Positions 1-13,934 of a DNA stretch of 64,000 bases are shown piece by piece (positions within the stretch are counted from its first letter, which is position 1; every line of letters begins with the position of its first letter). This DNA is from Dictyostelium discoideum (lineage: Eukaryota): the NCBI GenBank assembly GCA_000004695.1, contig CM000151.3, positions 4,544,001-4,608,000 on the forward strand, written 5' to 3'. The notes under the pieces were generated by a model that saw nothing but the letters and a program-made list of their open reading frames with translations, did no database searches and was not told the origin of the DNA. A program made the position numbers and the translations under genes.

Positions 1-2869
1 AGGTTACACATATTCTTACAAATCAATTCAGATATTTTGTTCCCTCTATTGATCGTTATTATTCTTCAATTAATTTAAAACCTTTTAAAATACCTCCAAT
101 ATTAGATAGTAAGTTATTTTTTTTCAATTCCTTTTTTTTTTTTTTTTTTTTTATATATAGAATTTACTAATTTTAAATTATTAGATATAGATTTTTTTAA
201 TGAAATTAGAGATGTATCAATATTATATAAAACTATGAATGTTACAAATTCTAAAGCTGGAAATATATTATATTTTAATTATACAAATTTAGATATTGAA
301 ACACCAATTAATTTATTAGTAAATCTTCCAGAATATTTTGCAAACCAAATTCAATCCACTGTAATTTTACCAGAGGTATATTTAGATAATTCAGTACCAG
401 CAATTTGGAATAGTACAATAAATATGTTTCAAGTTGAATTTTTTTTACCAAAAAATTCTCTACCTGGTAAAATTCCATTTGCTTTATTCTTTAAAAATGA
501 TTTATTTATATTAGGTCAATCATTAGGTCCAAATGCTGAATTTAATGTAATTTCTGAAAGTAAGTTTTTACAATATTGTAAAAAAAAAAAAAAAAAAAAA
601 AAGAAATTCTAATAGTTTTTTTTTTGTTTTTTGTTTTATAGATTGTGATTTATATGGCCCAATTTTTGAAAATATTATAAAAATATCAAATACAATTAGT
701 GGTGATTTTCTTTTAGTTGGTTGGAATTTAACTATCAGTGATCCAATTAATGGATTTGCAGGTGGTTATATAGTTATAAAAGGTACAGATGGTTCAATAT
801 ATAATAAAACTATCATACCAACAGAAAACATTTATAGTGATACATATTTTGTTTCAGTAAATATAAGTTCACCATGTGCAAAACATAATTTAATAATTAC
901 TGATGTAGCACTATTTGATACTGAAAATAATAATTCAACATTTTCAATATTTAATGAATATGAAGGATTTTATAGGTCACTCTTTAATCCATTTATAAAT
1001 TTTATTGGTGATAATTCAATTAATAAGATTTCAGTTAACTGTATTACAGAAGCTATCGATGATACTCCACCTAAAATAATTAGTGTATATGTGGATCCAA
1101 AAGAAATTGATATTTCCAGTAATTTAAGAGATGTAGTAATAGGTTTTAATGCTGTTGATTCAGAAAGTGGTTTAAAGAAGGACGCATTACCAATGGTTTA
1201 TTTATCAAGTGTAGATCTCGATAAAATTGAATGTCCAATTATTAATGTTACTGTTATAGATAAATTCAATTCCCTATATCGATGCACAGTAAATGTACCA
1301 CTTGGTTTTGGTTACCCATATGGACTTTTAATATCAATATATGGATTGGTTAATAATGGTGGTACTTTTGGTGGTTACAGTACAGCTGATTTGAAAGAAA
1401 ATGGTTTTCCTCACTCCATCAATACCACATTTGCATTGGGTTATCCAATTATTGAGGGAGTTGGTAGAATTTCGACACTAGGTGGTGAAATTTGGATTAC
1501 AGGTAAAGGTTTATTGGGTGTAGATTATGCTATTTTAGAATCTAATAAACTTTTGGTCTCTAAAACTATTGGAAACTCAGCCATTTTATTAACAGGTATA
1601 CCATCATTGACTCCAAATACAAAATATTCTATTTTCGTTGTCAAAGGAGCATATATTTCGAATCGAATTGATTTCATACCATATGAAAAGGTTATTGGTT
1701 CTCCCTCTCCGACAGAAACTCCTTCAACAACTCCTTCAACAACTCCTTCAACAACTCCTTCAACAACACCAACTATTAAATGTTCTGGTACACCAGAATG
1801 TGGTGGTTCATTAAAAGGTTATTGTAATTCTGGAAATTGTGTTTGTTTTTCACCATGGATTGGTGTTGATTGTACATCAAAAATAATTTTAGTTGAACCA
1901 CCACGAGTTAATACAAGTGACCCATCAAGTGAAATTGAAACACCCATTTCAAATAGTTCGAATATTAAAGAAGCAGCAGTTTATAAATCATTTGTAGCAT
2001 TAATAGCACTAAGAGAACTTGATTTTAATGATGTAGTAATTAATCAATATTATTTTAGTAAATGGTTATTCAGTGAAATTAGTCCACTATCTTCAAAATA
2101 TATAACAAACATTACAAATAATGATGGTAAATCAATTTCACAAGTTACAGCTATAACTGAATGGTTCACTAAAGAAACAAACATATCATTTGGAGGTAGT
2201 GATTTAACAATGAATCCGTCATCATTAAAATATACTATTTCAATTGATTCTTATCCATTTAGAGATAAGCTTTGTAGATTAGAATTATTAATGTCTGCTT
2301 CTTTTACATCTTCAAAAACTGATGATATTTGTTCATCGCAAGAATTTACAACAACAGCAGCAGCAGCAAACTCAAAGGATGACAATGAAATTAGTGGTGG
2401 TAATAACTATTTAAAGATTCAAATTGGTGATCACTCAATGTTTGCAAGATTTTTAAAAAGAGGAATTATTGATGATAAAACTATCACTGTAGATAATAGA
2501 CAAATCATTAATGATGATAAAACTACTTCAACAATCGAAAACTCTGGATATCATTCAAGCGCATTAATTGGTATCCTTATACCATATTTTAGAAATTATT
2601 CTACAATAGATCCAGATTTCTCTGTAATAATAGATAATCAATCATCTTCACCCTCATCACCAAATTCAATTTGTTCACAAACTTCAAACTCTGGACTTAG
2701 TAAATCTTCTCTTGCTGGTATTATAATTGGTGGTGTTGCATTTTTCTTGGTAATTGTCATTTGTATTATATACTTCCTTTATAAGACTAACCCAGTTCCA
2801 TTTAAATTAATTAAACAAAGAATTTTCCTTGGTTGTTTTATTTCCAAAAATTTTAAATCGAAATATTAA
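1..2869 (+). CDS. EGF-like domain type I transmembrane glycoprotein, 5' partial (exons ~1-108, 161-559, 642-2869)
   Basis: Open frame enters from the window edge; GTAAGT donors at 109 and 560, AG acceptors at 160 and 641. Frames join cleanly into ORF 1091-2869. Cys-rich EGF-like block CSGTPECGGSLKGYCNSGNCVCFSPWIGVDC, (TPST)n mucin-like linker, single C-terminal TM helix IIIGGVAFFLVIVICIIYFLY followed by a short basic tail. Confidence 0.7.
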
Positions 2870-3443
2870 AAAAAAAAAATAATAAAATAAAAACTATTAA
2901 TTAAAATAGTTTAAATAAAATGTTGTAATTTGATAAATAAATATAACCTATTAAATTTATTTTTTACTTCATTTTTGTTTTTTCTATTATATAAGTCGAA
3001 CATTCTGAAAAGTCTGTTTGAGAGCAAATTGAGTAGTCTGAATTGTCAACATTTTTATTTTCATCTTTAATATCTATAAAATTTAAGAAATTAATATTTT
3101 TAAAAAAAAAATACAAAATGAATTACTTTTATTTTTTTCAATAAAATGTTCAAACGATTAAGGATAAAAAGAATTCTTTTATTTTTTTTTTTTCTTTTTT
3201 TTTTTTTAATTTTTTTTCTTTTACCGATAAAGAGAAACTTTTAATAAATTTTTTAATATTTTCTTAAAAATAAATTATATTTATTTGTTTTTTTTTCATT
3301 CTATGAGAATAATTAATTAATTAGGTTACCAGTAAAAATAATCAGTTTTAAGAGGAACTCCAAATTTATACTTTTTGTTAGAAGTTGATTTAATATTTTT
3401 TACACCATTTACTTTGGTAATTGATTTAGTGAATAGTTTTAAT

Positions 3444-4306
3444 TTATTGTGGAATAGTAGTTTTATTCAATGGGAGTTTAATATCGAAAACAAATAACTT
3501 TTTACAAGTAGATTGGAATGTTGGGAAAGGTTCGCTGTAACCATCTGGTAATAATATACCATCAACAAATGAAGGAATAGCTGCTGGTATACTATGTCCA
3601 AAAGCAATTGCAATATTTTCAATACCATTTGGAATAATATCACCATTTCCATAAATTAAAAATTCTTTATTTGCGAAATGACAAAGAGTTGATTGTCTAT
3701 CATCTTTTGGATAGATTTTCTCTGATACATTTTGTTGTTGTTTTTGAGATTGAACCTTTGCAGTGGTTGCCTCTTGTGATGATGATTTTGATGATGTATT
3801 TCCATAGGTACCAGAATTTCCAGTTCCTTTTGTAAATTCAGAAACAAAAATCATTTTTTGGAATGATTTTGGAATTTCTTCAATCAAATCCTCATTAATG
3901 GTTATTAAATCATCTTTATATTGAGGAGTTTCAATTCCTGAAGAAGATCCAGATTCCAATTTTGAAATATAAGATGAATGGATTTTCTTGGTGAATAACT
4001 TTGATTTTATTAATTTCATTCTCTTCACATTTTTTCAATTCTTTTTTTATTGAACTATAAATATCTTGAACTGTTTTCAATTCTTTTTCAAATTCTTTTT
4101 TCTTTTCATTAAACTTTTTATTTGATTCTTCAATTAAAGTTGAACTAGGTATATCATCTCCAATTTCAATGATTTGATGACCACTATGGAAATCTTTTGA
4201 AGTATCACATTTTGTACAGATTTGAACATTATTACATTGAGTACAAATAAAAAGTACATCATTATTTTGAAGTGATAAAATTTTTTACTATTATTAATAA
4301 TTGTCA
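3444..4306 (-). CDS. B-box-type zinc-finger / coiled-coil protein; reading frame interrupted twice (possible pseudogene or sequence error)
   Basis: Minus-strand ATG at ~4306. A middle frame encodes C-x2-C-x5-C-x2-C-x6-H-x2-H (ICTQCNNVQICTKCDTSKDFHSGH) plus a K/E-rich coiled coil. It shifts +1 into ORF 3444-4028 (MKRMKL...GSSSGIETPQYKDD...), which starts at GTG after an in-frame stop. Both breaks fall at A6 runs and there is no room for an intron. Confidence 0.4.
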
Positions 4307-4950
4307 TTTTATTTATTTTAGTTTAAAAAAAAAAAAAAAAATTTAATTTATAGTTTTTTGAATAATAGTAAATAATAGTAATGATAAATGATACTTGAAT
4401 ATTCAAAATTTTAAATATTTATAAAATATCTAGATTTTGATTTAAATTTAAAATATTATATAATTTTTATTTAAATTTAACTTTGTTCAATAGGATAATG
4501 ATGTCATTAAAATCTAGATTTTTTTTTTTTTTTTTTTTTTGTAAAAAGCTTGTGCTTTTTCATACACAAACCCAAAATAAGTTGAAAATGGTTGAATTTA
4601 ATTTTTCTGATAATCTACATGACGTGTTACATAAAAAAAATATCTTTTTTTTAAAAAAAAAAAATAAGAAATATCTAAAATTAAAAAAAAATTTGAAATT
4701 GGTTTGAGGGGAACTTATTTTGAGATTAAAAATAAACAAAATTAAAAAATAAAAAAGGATTGAAAAAATTGAAGGAAATTCTTGTATTATATAAAGAAAA
4801 AAAAAAATTAAAAAAAAATGAAATTAGGTTTGAGATTAAAAAAAGGTTTGAAAAAATAAAGGGGTAAAAAAAAAAAAATTTTTTTTTTTTTTTTAAAACA
4901 ATTTTAGTTTTCATTGTTGTAAAAAAAAAAAAAAAAAAAAAAAACCGATT

Positions 4951-5169
4951 ATGACAAAAAAGATAGATAAAAATTCATTCATCCAAAGATATTTAGAGAA
5001 AACAAATTGTTCGAATTGGAAATTGGATGAAAACAATGATGATAAAGACAACGTTATTGGATTACCTTCATTAGAATTCCTTAATGAAATTCAAAAATCA
5101 ATTTCTTTTAAACTTGCAAATAAATATAAATATGTTTCGATAAATAATTATGAAACGGAACACAACGAA

Positions 5170-5211
<42 letters not shown>

Positions 5212-5481
5212 AGTGAAAGTAATGCTGAAGAAGAGGATGATGAAGAAGTAAACCATGACGATACCACAGATGAAGAAACAGAAAAAAGAAAAAGAAAAAA
5301 AGTTTCAAAAAGTAAAACACACTCAAAACCAAATATAAGGTCAACTAACTCTGGTTTATTAAAAATGAATAGTAAAAACTCAATAAATAGGTTCCCATTA
5401 AGTCAACCATGTTTAAAACCTGAAATTTATAATGAAAGATGTGGTCCTGAAGTTTTAATGTCATTAGGTAAATATTTATAA
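4951..5481 (+). CDS. small acidic protein with poly-Asp/Glu tract and K/R-rich (NLS-like) segment
   Basis: Single ATG-initiated ORF of 176 aa with A-rich leader. (GAT)n encodes D14; KRKRKKVSKSK basic patch; stop TAA. Confidence 0.5.
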
Positions 5482-5564
5482 AAAAAAAAAGAAAAAAAAA
5501 AAAATCATTTTTATTATTTAAATCGATGCCAACACTTTGAACAATAATTAACTGTTTCGGATAG

Positions 5565-5600
<36 letters not shown>

Positions 5601-6483
5601 TTACCCTAAAAACAAATACAAAAATTAACAATTTATTTTATTTTTAAAAAAAATATAAAAATAAAGGTATTTTATATCAACAAATTTTAATATCTCAAAT
5701 TAAATCTTTAAACTCTTTTCAAAAATAAAATTCTTCAAAACAAACAAACAACATAAAATAAAAATAATAATAATAATAATACAACTCTTATCGTTTAGGG
5801 ATTGACCCCCTATATACAACGAAGAACCAAAAGAAAGAAAAAAAGAAAAAGAAAAACATTGCCAATATTTTCCATTTTTTTTTTATTTTATAGTGGAACA
5901 CACGTGTGCTTAAATGGAAAAAAAAAAAAAAAAAAAAAAAAATCTAAAAAAAAAAAAATCTTAGATCCTTTCATGTGGGGGGTAAATTTCAAAATTTTAA
6001 AATGGTTTTTTTCAATAATTTTATTATTATTATAATATTAATACTACATTATTAATGTAGCTAGAATACACTCTTATTTTTTTAATTATTTCCTTTTTTT
6101 CATATTCCCATTTTAAATAAAAAAAAAAAACATATGCCAAATCAAATGATATCATCGGTTAAAAAATAAATAAAAAATAAATTTAGTAATATTAAAAACA
6201 ACAATAATATTTATTTTATTTTATTTTATTTTATTTAATTTATTTAATTTATTTTATTTTTTTTTATTAGTGTGGCATTATACTAAATTAATTAATTTAA
6301 TGTTAGTGTTTCTGTTAACTTAAAATAAATAAAATAAAAAATAAAATAAAACATAAATAAAAACAAAAGTAAAAATAAATTAAAATTAATTGTTTTTTTT
6401 TTACTATTGCTTTTTTTTTTTTTCACTATTGCTTTTTTTAATTAATTATTTTCCTTATTATTATTTTATTTTTTTCAATTTTG

Positions 6484-6538
<55 letters not shown>

Positions 6539-6783
6539 CATTTAGATTATTGCGAAAAAAAAAAAAAAAACCAAAAATTTCAATCATAATATCCATAATT
6601 ATTATAATATTAATTTGGATTTATTTTCCAAAACCAATATCCATTGATTTAATACCCAATCAATAATCCAATCATTGAACCAAATAATCCAATCCACAAG
6701 ATTGGCAAACATTATTTACTACTATTCAACAATTTCGCATTTCACTAAAATGTAAGTATTTTATATATTTATTTTTTTTATTT

Positions 6784-6821
<38 letters not shown>

Positions 6822-7138
6822 TTTTTTAAAAAATAAAAAAATAAAAAAAAAATTAAATGATAATAATAATAATAAAATAAAATTTAATAAATTATTAAAT
6901 TTTTTTGGTACTTTTACAAAACAATTGTTTATTTAAAGTATTTAAATTCCACCAAGCACAGTGTTGTTCATTTCTTTGTGAATTAAGAATTTTTGTAAAT
7001 TTTGTATCATCAGTGATGTTTTCTTTTTTTTTTTTTTTTTTATTTTTTTTTTTTCAATTTAAAATTTACTCTCAATGGTTTGTGATTGTTTTAAAATATC
7101 GAAAGTGTTTAAAAAAAATATCAGTTGATTTAATTTTG

Positions 7139-7171
<33 letters not shown>

Positions 7172-7490
7172 TGAAAAAAAAAAAAATAAAATAAAATAAA
7201 ATGGGCTTCTCAAATTAAACCACCTACCACCAAAGATGTGGGTTATTTATTATTATTATTTCAAAAATAACAAAAAATAAAAGAATAGTTCATTTTATAT
7301 ATGAATTAATTATATCCAACACTACTATTTTCTTTTAAATCATAAAGCCGCTCTTAATTTATTGTTTTTATTCTAATTTTAACACTCCACTTTTTTTTTT
7401 TTTCCTTTTTTTTTTTTTTCTTTTTTTTTTTATTTTTTTATTTTATTTTTTTTTTATTCTTTTTTGATAAATTTAAAAAAAAACTTAGAA

Positions 7491-7521
<31 letters not shown>

Positions 7522-7926
7522 AGAAAAAAAAAAAAAATAAAAGAATCACACACACCTTAACTTAATTTAAATTATATATTAATCCCTCGATAAAATAAAT
7601 ATATAATATTTTAAAAAATAATTTTAACAATAAGGTAAATATAAAAAGTTAAATTTTTTTATTTTTAATTTTTTATTTTTAATTTTTATTTTTTAATTTT
7701 TATTATTATTTTTTTTCAAACTTAATTTGTTCAATCATGTGATTTCTTAAATCTTCTGAATTGTCATTATTATTTTTCATATTCATATAATTATTTAAAA
7801 AAAAAAAACATTATCTACACCTTCATTTTAATTGTTGTGTTAAATTTCAAAAAAAAAAAAAAAAATAAGATTAGATGAAGGGTGGATTAAAAAAAAAAGA
7901 TAAAAACAACATTAATAACACCACTT

Positions 7927-7972
<46 letters not shown>

Positions 7973-8233
7973 ACACCCTTGTGCACATCCTAACTTATAA
8001 AGTCGTTAATTTATTTGATTTGATAAATTATAATAAATTTAAAATTTCACAAGTCTTGTTCAAAGTTTATTATTAAACAATACCAACCCACCAACCAAAA
8101 ATTATTTTTATTTTTATTTTTTTTTTTATTTTTAATTTTATTTTTTTTTTTTGGGTTTTTTTTTGGATTTTTTGGGCCACTTATCAAAAAAGGTTTCAAA
8201 AAAACATGCTTTTGATTTTAAACAAATCATTTT

Positions 8234-8268
<35 letters not shown>

Positions 8269-9278
8269 CACAAGTGATTATTTTTTTTTGTTGCATATGA
8301 AAAAAAAAAGAAAATTAAAAAAAAAAAAAAGAAAAAATTAAAAATTAAAAATAAAATTTTTTTTTTTTTTTTAAAATAATAAGAAAAAAAAAATAATTAA
8401 AAATAGTAATCAATTATATAATTTGTGTAGGTGTTTTTTTCTTTTTTTTTTTTTTTATTTTCTAATTCCTTTTTATTGTTAATTTTATTGTTTTACTTGC
8501 TTTTTTTTTTTTTTTTATTTTTATTTTTTTTTTTTTTTTTTTTTCTGTACAAAATTTATTATACACCCACCCACACACATACACCCATTAAGTGATTGGA
8601 AATATCAAAATTTTGGTGGTAAAAATGATATCATATTCTCAATTTTAAAGTCATTAATTTATTAATAAATATATTACTCATATGATTTTATCTCAAAAAA
8701 GGAAATAAACTAAAACATATATTAATAATTTACAAAAATTACCATAATAACCATATCCACTTTATTCCCCAAAACACTACATTAAAATATTCATTATTCT
8801 TCTATTTATAATAAAATATCATCAAAAAACCACACACACATATATTCACCCAAAAAACAATATTAAAAAAAAAAAATATTCACCCCACAGAATTTAATTT
8901 TTTCACACACTTACATACTACTACCCAAACTCAACAGATAAAAATTAATTTTACACACAAACAAACACACAGACACACACAGACACACAATGTGAAATAT
9001 AACATCACAAATATACAATCTATTATCAACTATTTTTTTGGTTTTTTTCTTTAAATAAATAAATAAAAAAAAAAAAATAAAAAAAAAAAAATAAAAAATA
9101 AAAAAATAAAAATCTAATATCGCCTCACCTACAACCAACCCCCCAACACAACACCAATTCGCGTTGATATTATTATTATTATTATTTTAATTGTTTTGTT
9201 TTTCTTATTTATAAAAGAAAAATAATAATAAAAATAATAATAAATAAAAAAAATAAATAAATAAATTAAATAGCTTTG

Positions 9279-9309
<31 letters not shown>

Positions 9310-9620
9310 GAAATGAACAATTTTTTAGTTTTAAAACAATTCCATTTATTTATTTATTTATATTTATTTATTTATTTATTTATTTATTTTGGCCGAAACA
9401 CCAAAAAAAAAAAAGTACAGATGCCTTGTTTTATTTGCAGTTTTTTTTTCTATTTTTTTTTTTTTTTTTTTTATTAATTTTACATTTTTTTTTTTTTTCA
9501 CCTTTTTTCCTTAAATCCTAAAACTCATAAGTTTTAATCATTTACATAAAAAAAAAAAAAAAAAACATTCCAATTTGCAATGACCCCAGTAATTAAAATT
9601 TTCTTAAAAAAAAAAAAAAG

Positions 9621-9665
<45 letters not shown>

Positions 9666-10097
9666 ATACATTCATTTAAATAATTAATCTTACAATATAT
9701 TACTACTATTTTCTGTTGGTATTAAAATAGGTTTGTTTTTTTTTATTTTTATTTTTTTAATTTTTTTTTATTTTTTTTTATTTTAAGACACAAATTAATA
9801 ATAATACATTTCTTGATTAGAATGGTACAATTTACTTTTTTTAATTTTTTTTTTATTTTTATTTTTCATTTTTTTTTATTATGATTACAATCTTGTAAAA
9901 AAGTAGCAGGTACTGTTACTTTAATTTTTTTTCTTTTTTGTTATTTTTTCTCACATATTAAAAAAAAAAAAAAAAAAAACTTCCCTTTTTAATTAAAATA
10001 ATTGAATTTGACTCTTCAATATACTAATGATCATTCTTTTTATTTTTTTACTTTCTTTTATTTTTTTTATTTTCTCTTTATTTTATCCTAATACATA

Positions 10098-10199
<102 letters not shown>

Positions 10200-11033
10200 T
10201 TTAATAACCATATTTATACTGTTGTTGTTGTTGTTATCTTATTGTTTTTTTTAATATTTTTTTTTTTTTTTCCAATTGCACCATCTCTCACCTATTTTCT
10301 TTTTGTTAATTCAATTTTTGCATATTTTATGAAATTTCAAAAAAAAAAATAAAAAAAAAAAAAAACCACACCAAAAAAAAAAAAAAAAAAAAAAAACAGA
10401 TTTTATAATTTTAAATCACGCACATATTTAAAAGATTAATTAATTAAATCTCAATTCCTATATTTATATATATATTATTACAAAAAATCAAATAACCACA
10501 TATTATATACATATTAATATATACATAAAAACATATTTAACATATTCAAAAAAGAATAGTCGACATATAGATTCAAAAGTCCTTTCCCACTTTAACCAAT
10601 ACAAATTTCAAAAATATTCAAATTTAATTTCTTTGTTTTAGATTTCTGAAAACATATTTATTTATTCCATCAAAAAAAAAAAAAAAAAAAAATCAAAAAA
10701 AAAAAAAAAAAAAAATTATCTGTTTTGGAAAACCACAAAAATAATTTTTTCACCCCCACACATTCACAATTTTAATTTATAAATTAATCAACCAACACTT
10801 TTTTTATTATTATTATTATTATTTTTTATTCACACACTTACTTTTATATAAAATTACTTTTGTATATATACCCTTATATAATATATTTCCCACCCCATCA
10901 TAATTAATTATCTCACTTTTTTTTTTTTTAAAAAATTCTCACAAAATTTATAAATCAATACAAATATTTTATTCAAATTAAAAAATAATAAAAAATTACC
11001 ACAAAAAATCAACAATATAAGTTCAACAATAAG

Positions 11034-11070
<37 letters not shown>

Positions 11071-11670
11071 AATAATAAGAAACAATTCAATCTTTATCTT
11101 TTATCAAATACATTGATTTTTAACAACACACTCACACACGCACTCACTCACAAAAAACATAAACATAAACATAAGCATAAACATAAACACACACACACAC
11201 ACCGAATTATTTAATTTAATATTCCTTTGGCCAAAAAATCCACCTTTTAAATAATAATAATATGAAAATTAATTTTAAATTTTTTTATATTTTTTTTTAT
11301 TTTTTTTTTTTACCTATTTAAATAAATTATCAATTCCAAAATATATTTTTTTTTTTTTGTTTTTTGTACATAAAACTAAAATAAAATTAATTTTATAAAA
11401 ATAAATATTTTATAAATTAATCCAAAAACACACACACATATATAAAATATAATTAATAAAATCAACCACACATACACAATAAGATCTTTTTTTTTTTTGT
11501 TTTATTTTTTATTTTTATATTTCATTCAACAATAATAATAATAAACTTTTTTTTTTCCATAAAATCATAACAACATATATAATAATAATAAAAAAAAATT
11601 AAAATTAGTTTTGTAAATAATAATCTACTCCAAAAAATATATATATATATTTAATATAAAATCTTTTAAA

Positions 11671-11812
11671 ATGAATCAACATCAACTACATCAACAATTA
11701 CAACAACAATTATTACAACAACAACAACAACAATTACAATACCAACAACAACAACATAATATGCAACAACAACAACAATTATTACAACAACAACAATTAA
11801 AAATGAATATCC

Positions 11813-11890
<78 letters not shown>

Positions 11891-12406
11891 TACAACAACA
11901 ACAATCACCAAAGAAAACAATAATTCAAAAATATAATGAAGATTTAGATGATATGGTAATTAAAACATATACAACCAGATTGGTATTGACATGGATTTAT
12001 AATAATCCAACACCACCAATTTTATCACCATTACCAAAATTAAAAGTTATACCAAATTCTAGTTCATCTAAACAATTTTCCAATAAAACATTACATACAT
12101 CAACTCATACATTCCAAGATATTGAATCATACGTTAAGGAGGTATTCGACCTTTGGGATACAGTTTTATCATTTTTTTATTCTCAACATATTAAACGTTC
12201 AAAAGCATACTATCAAAATGTAAAACAATCACCACAAAATGTTGAATCTGATCACACTGTAAAATTAACTTTAAAATCAATTTTAATTGGTTCAATTTAT
12301 TATTCCGATATATTTTTTAGAAAATCTTCTGTTTTAAAACCAAAATCAAATTTTACAATTTTAGATATTGTAATTTCAAGGTAAACTTTAAAAATTATTT
12401 ATAATC

Positions 12407-12458
<52 letters not shown>

Positions 12459-12464
12459 CTAAAC

Positions 12465-12505
<41 letters not shown>

Positions 12506-12918
12506 CCTCTCCTCCCCTCACTCCTCTCTCTTACTATAGTATTAATCTTTCAATTAAAATGTGGTTAGAAGAAAAAATGTCAGTTAATAAATATCTATCA
12601 GAAATATTTGGAGTATCTCTGGTTCATGTAAATAGTTTAGAAAGATATTTTTTAACTTTAATTGACTATCAATTATATCTTCACGAGAAGGATATTCAAT
12701 CATTTGCAAATATCATTCATAAATCCTATGTAAATAAATCATCATCATCATCATCCTCATCCTCATCCTCATCATCATCCTCACCATCACCATCACCATC
12801 ATCAATAACTGTTTGTCAAAATAAATCCATTGAATCCGAAAATAATAATATCAATAATAATATCAATAATAATATCAATAATAATATCAATAATATCAAT
12901 AATAATATCAATAATATC

Positions 12919-12960
<42 letters not shown>

Positions 12961-13401
12961 TGCGCCAATAAGATATCAATTCAAGTGTATAGTTGTAATA
13001 ATAATGATAGTGTAAATAGTTCACCATTACCATGTTCGGTTAGTGGGGCAAGTAGTAATCATTATAATATCAATCATGGATATATTAGTGGTGGTGAATC
13101 ATCATCATCTTCATCATCATCTTCATCATCAAATTCTTCACCCTCTGTATTAGTAGTACCTTCATCACCAATTAAATCATTTATACAATCTTCTTCATCA
13201 TCGTCCGCTTCTTCTGCATCACCATCATCAATTTCACCAAAGAAAAGATACCTTTCAATATCAAGATCTTCATCTTGTTCGTCAAATATAAATACACCAA
13301 TTGCAACCTCCTCACCTTCAACTTGTACAGTACCAAATTCAATTCATCATGATGACTATCAAGATCAACCAAAGAAAAGAATAAAGGCAATCGTGGCCTA
13401 A
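11671..13401 (+). CDS. PHO80-like (Pho85-type) cyclin with poly-Q N-terminus and poly-N/poly-S tail (exons 11671-12380, 12540-13401)
   Basis: Two ORFs in the same frame are joined by a 159-nt intron (GTAAAC donor at 12381, TATAG acceptor ending 12539, intron = poly-A + poly-T + CT-rich). The junction region YSDIFF...MSVNKYLSEIFGVSLVHVNSLERYFLTLIDYQLYL matches the conserved PHO80-cyclin block (NxxYAKVGGISxxELNxLExxFLxxxDFxL). Confidence 0.65.
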
Positions 13402-13934
13402 AAAAATAATATAAAAATAAAAAAAAATAAAAAAAAAATTTAAAAATATATTAAAAAAAAAAAGAGTTTTTGATTTTAATATTTTAATATTAATATTTTG
13501 GTAAAAGGGTATTTATTTGAAAATAAATAAAAAAAAAAAAATAAAAAAAAATAAAAAAAATATAAAAATGACGCCACTCGACCGGAAATTTGGAAATTTC
13601 AAAAGTTTTTTTGTAATAAAATAATTTTCAAAACAAAACAGTTTTAATCTGGATTTTCATTTTTATTTTTTTATTTTTTTTTTTTTTGTGTGAAAATAAT
13701 ATCTTTTTTTTAAAAATTTTTTTAAAATTTTTAATTTTTTATCCACTTTTTTTTTTTTTTTTTTTTTCAAAAACATTTCCACTTTTAAATTTCTTTTTTT
13801 TTATTTTTTTTATTTTTTTTTTTGTATCTATAAACAATTCAAAAAATTAAGAAATAATTTTGTATTATATAAATTCTCACACAAGCGCCACACACACACA
13901 AGTAACACACACAAATAAAAAAAATAAAAAAAAA

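Noticed and set aside
6735-6745. aaaATGtaagta read as an ATG-only first exon
   Set aside because: The GTAAGT donor starts at the G of ATG, so the exon would end in ..AT and cannot contain a start codon. It is kept only as a possible non-coding 5' exon inside the gene-desert finding.
6481-7174. ORFs made of poly-K / poly-F (6481-6666, 6905-7174) and similar ones at 4483-4914, 5802-6035, 8911-9320, 10908-11090, 17988-18236
   Set aside because: Translations of poly(A)/poly(T) tracts in intergenic DNA. The ORF caller accepts TTG/GTG starts, which inflates such calls.
11666-11920. Minus-strand poly-V ORF
   Set aside because: Antisense of the (CAA)n poly-Q tract of the cyclin gene.
12381-12539. 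Cyclin-gene intron with GTAAAC donor considered as another frame anomaly
   Set aside because: Both exons are in the same frame and join in compatible phase; the donor is a tolerable variant (GTAAAC). The 159-nt A-run/T-run/CT-rich intron is typical for this genome.
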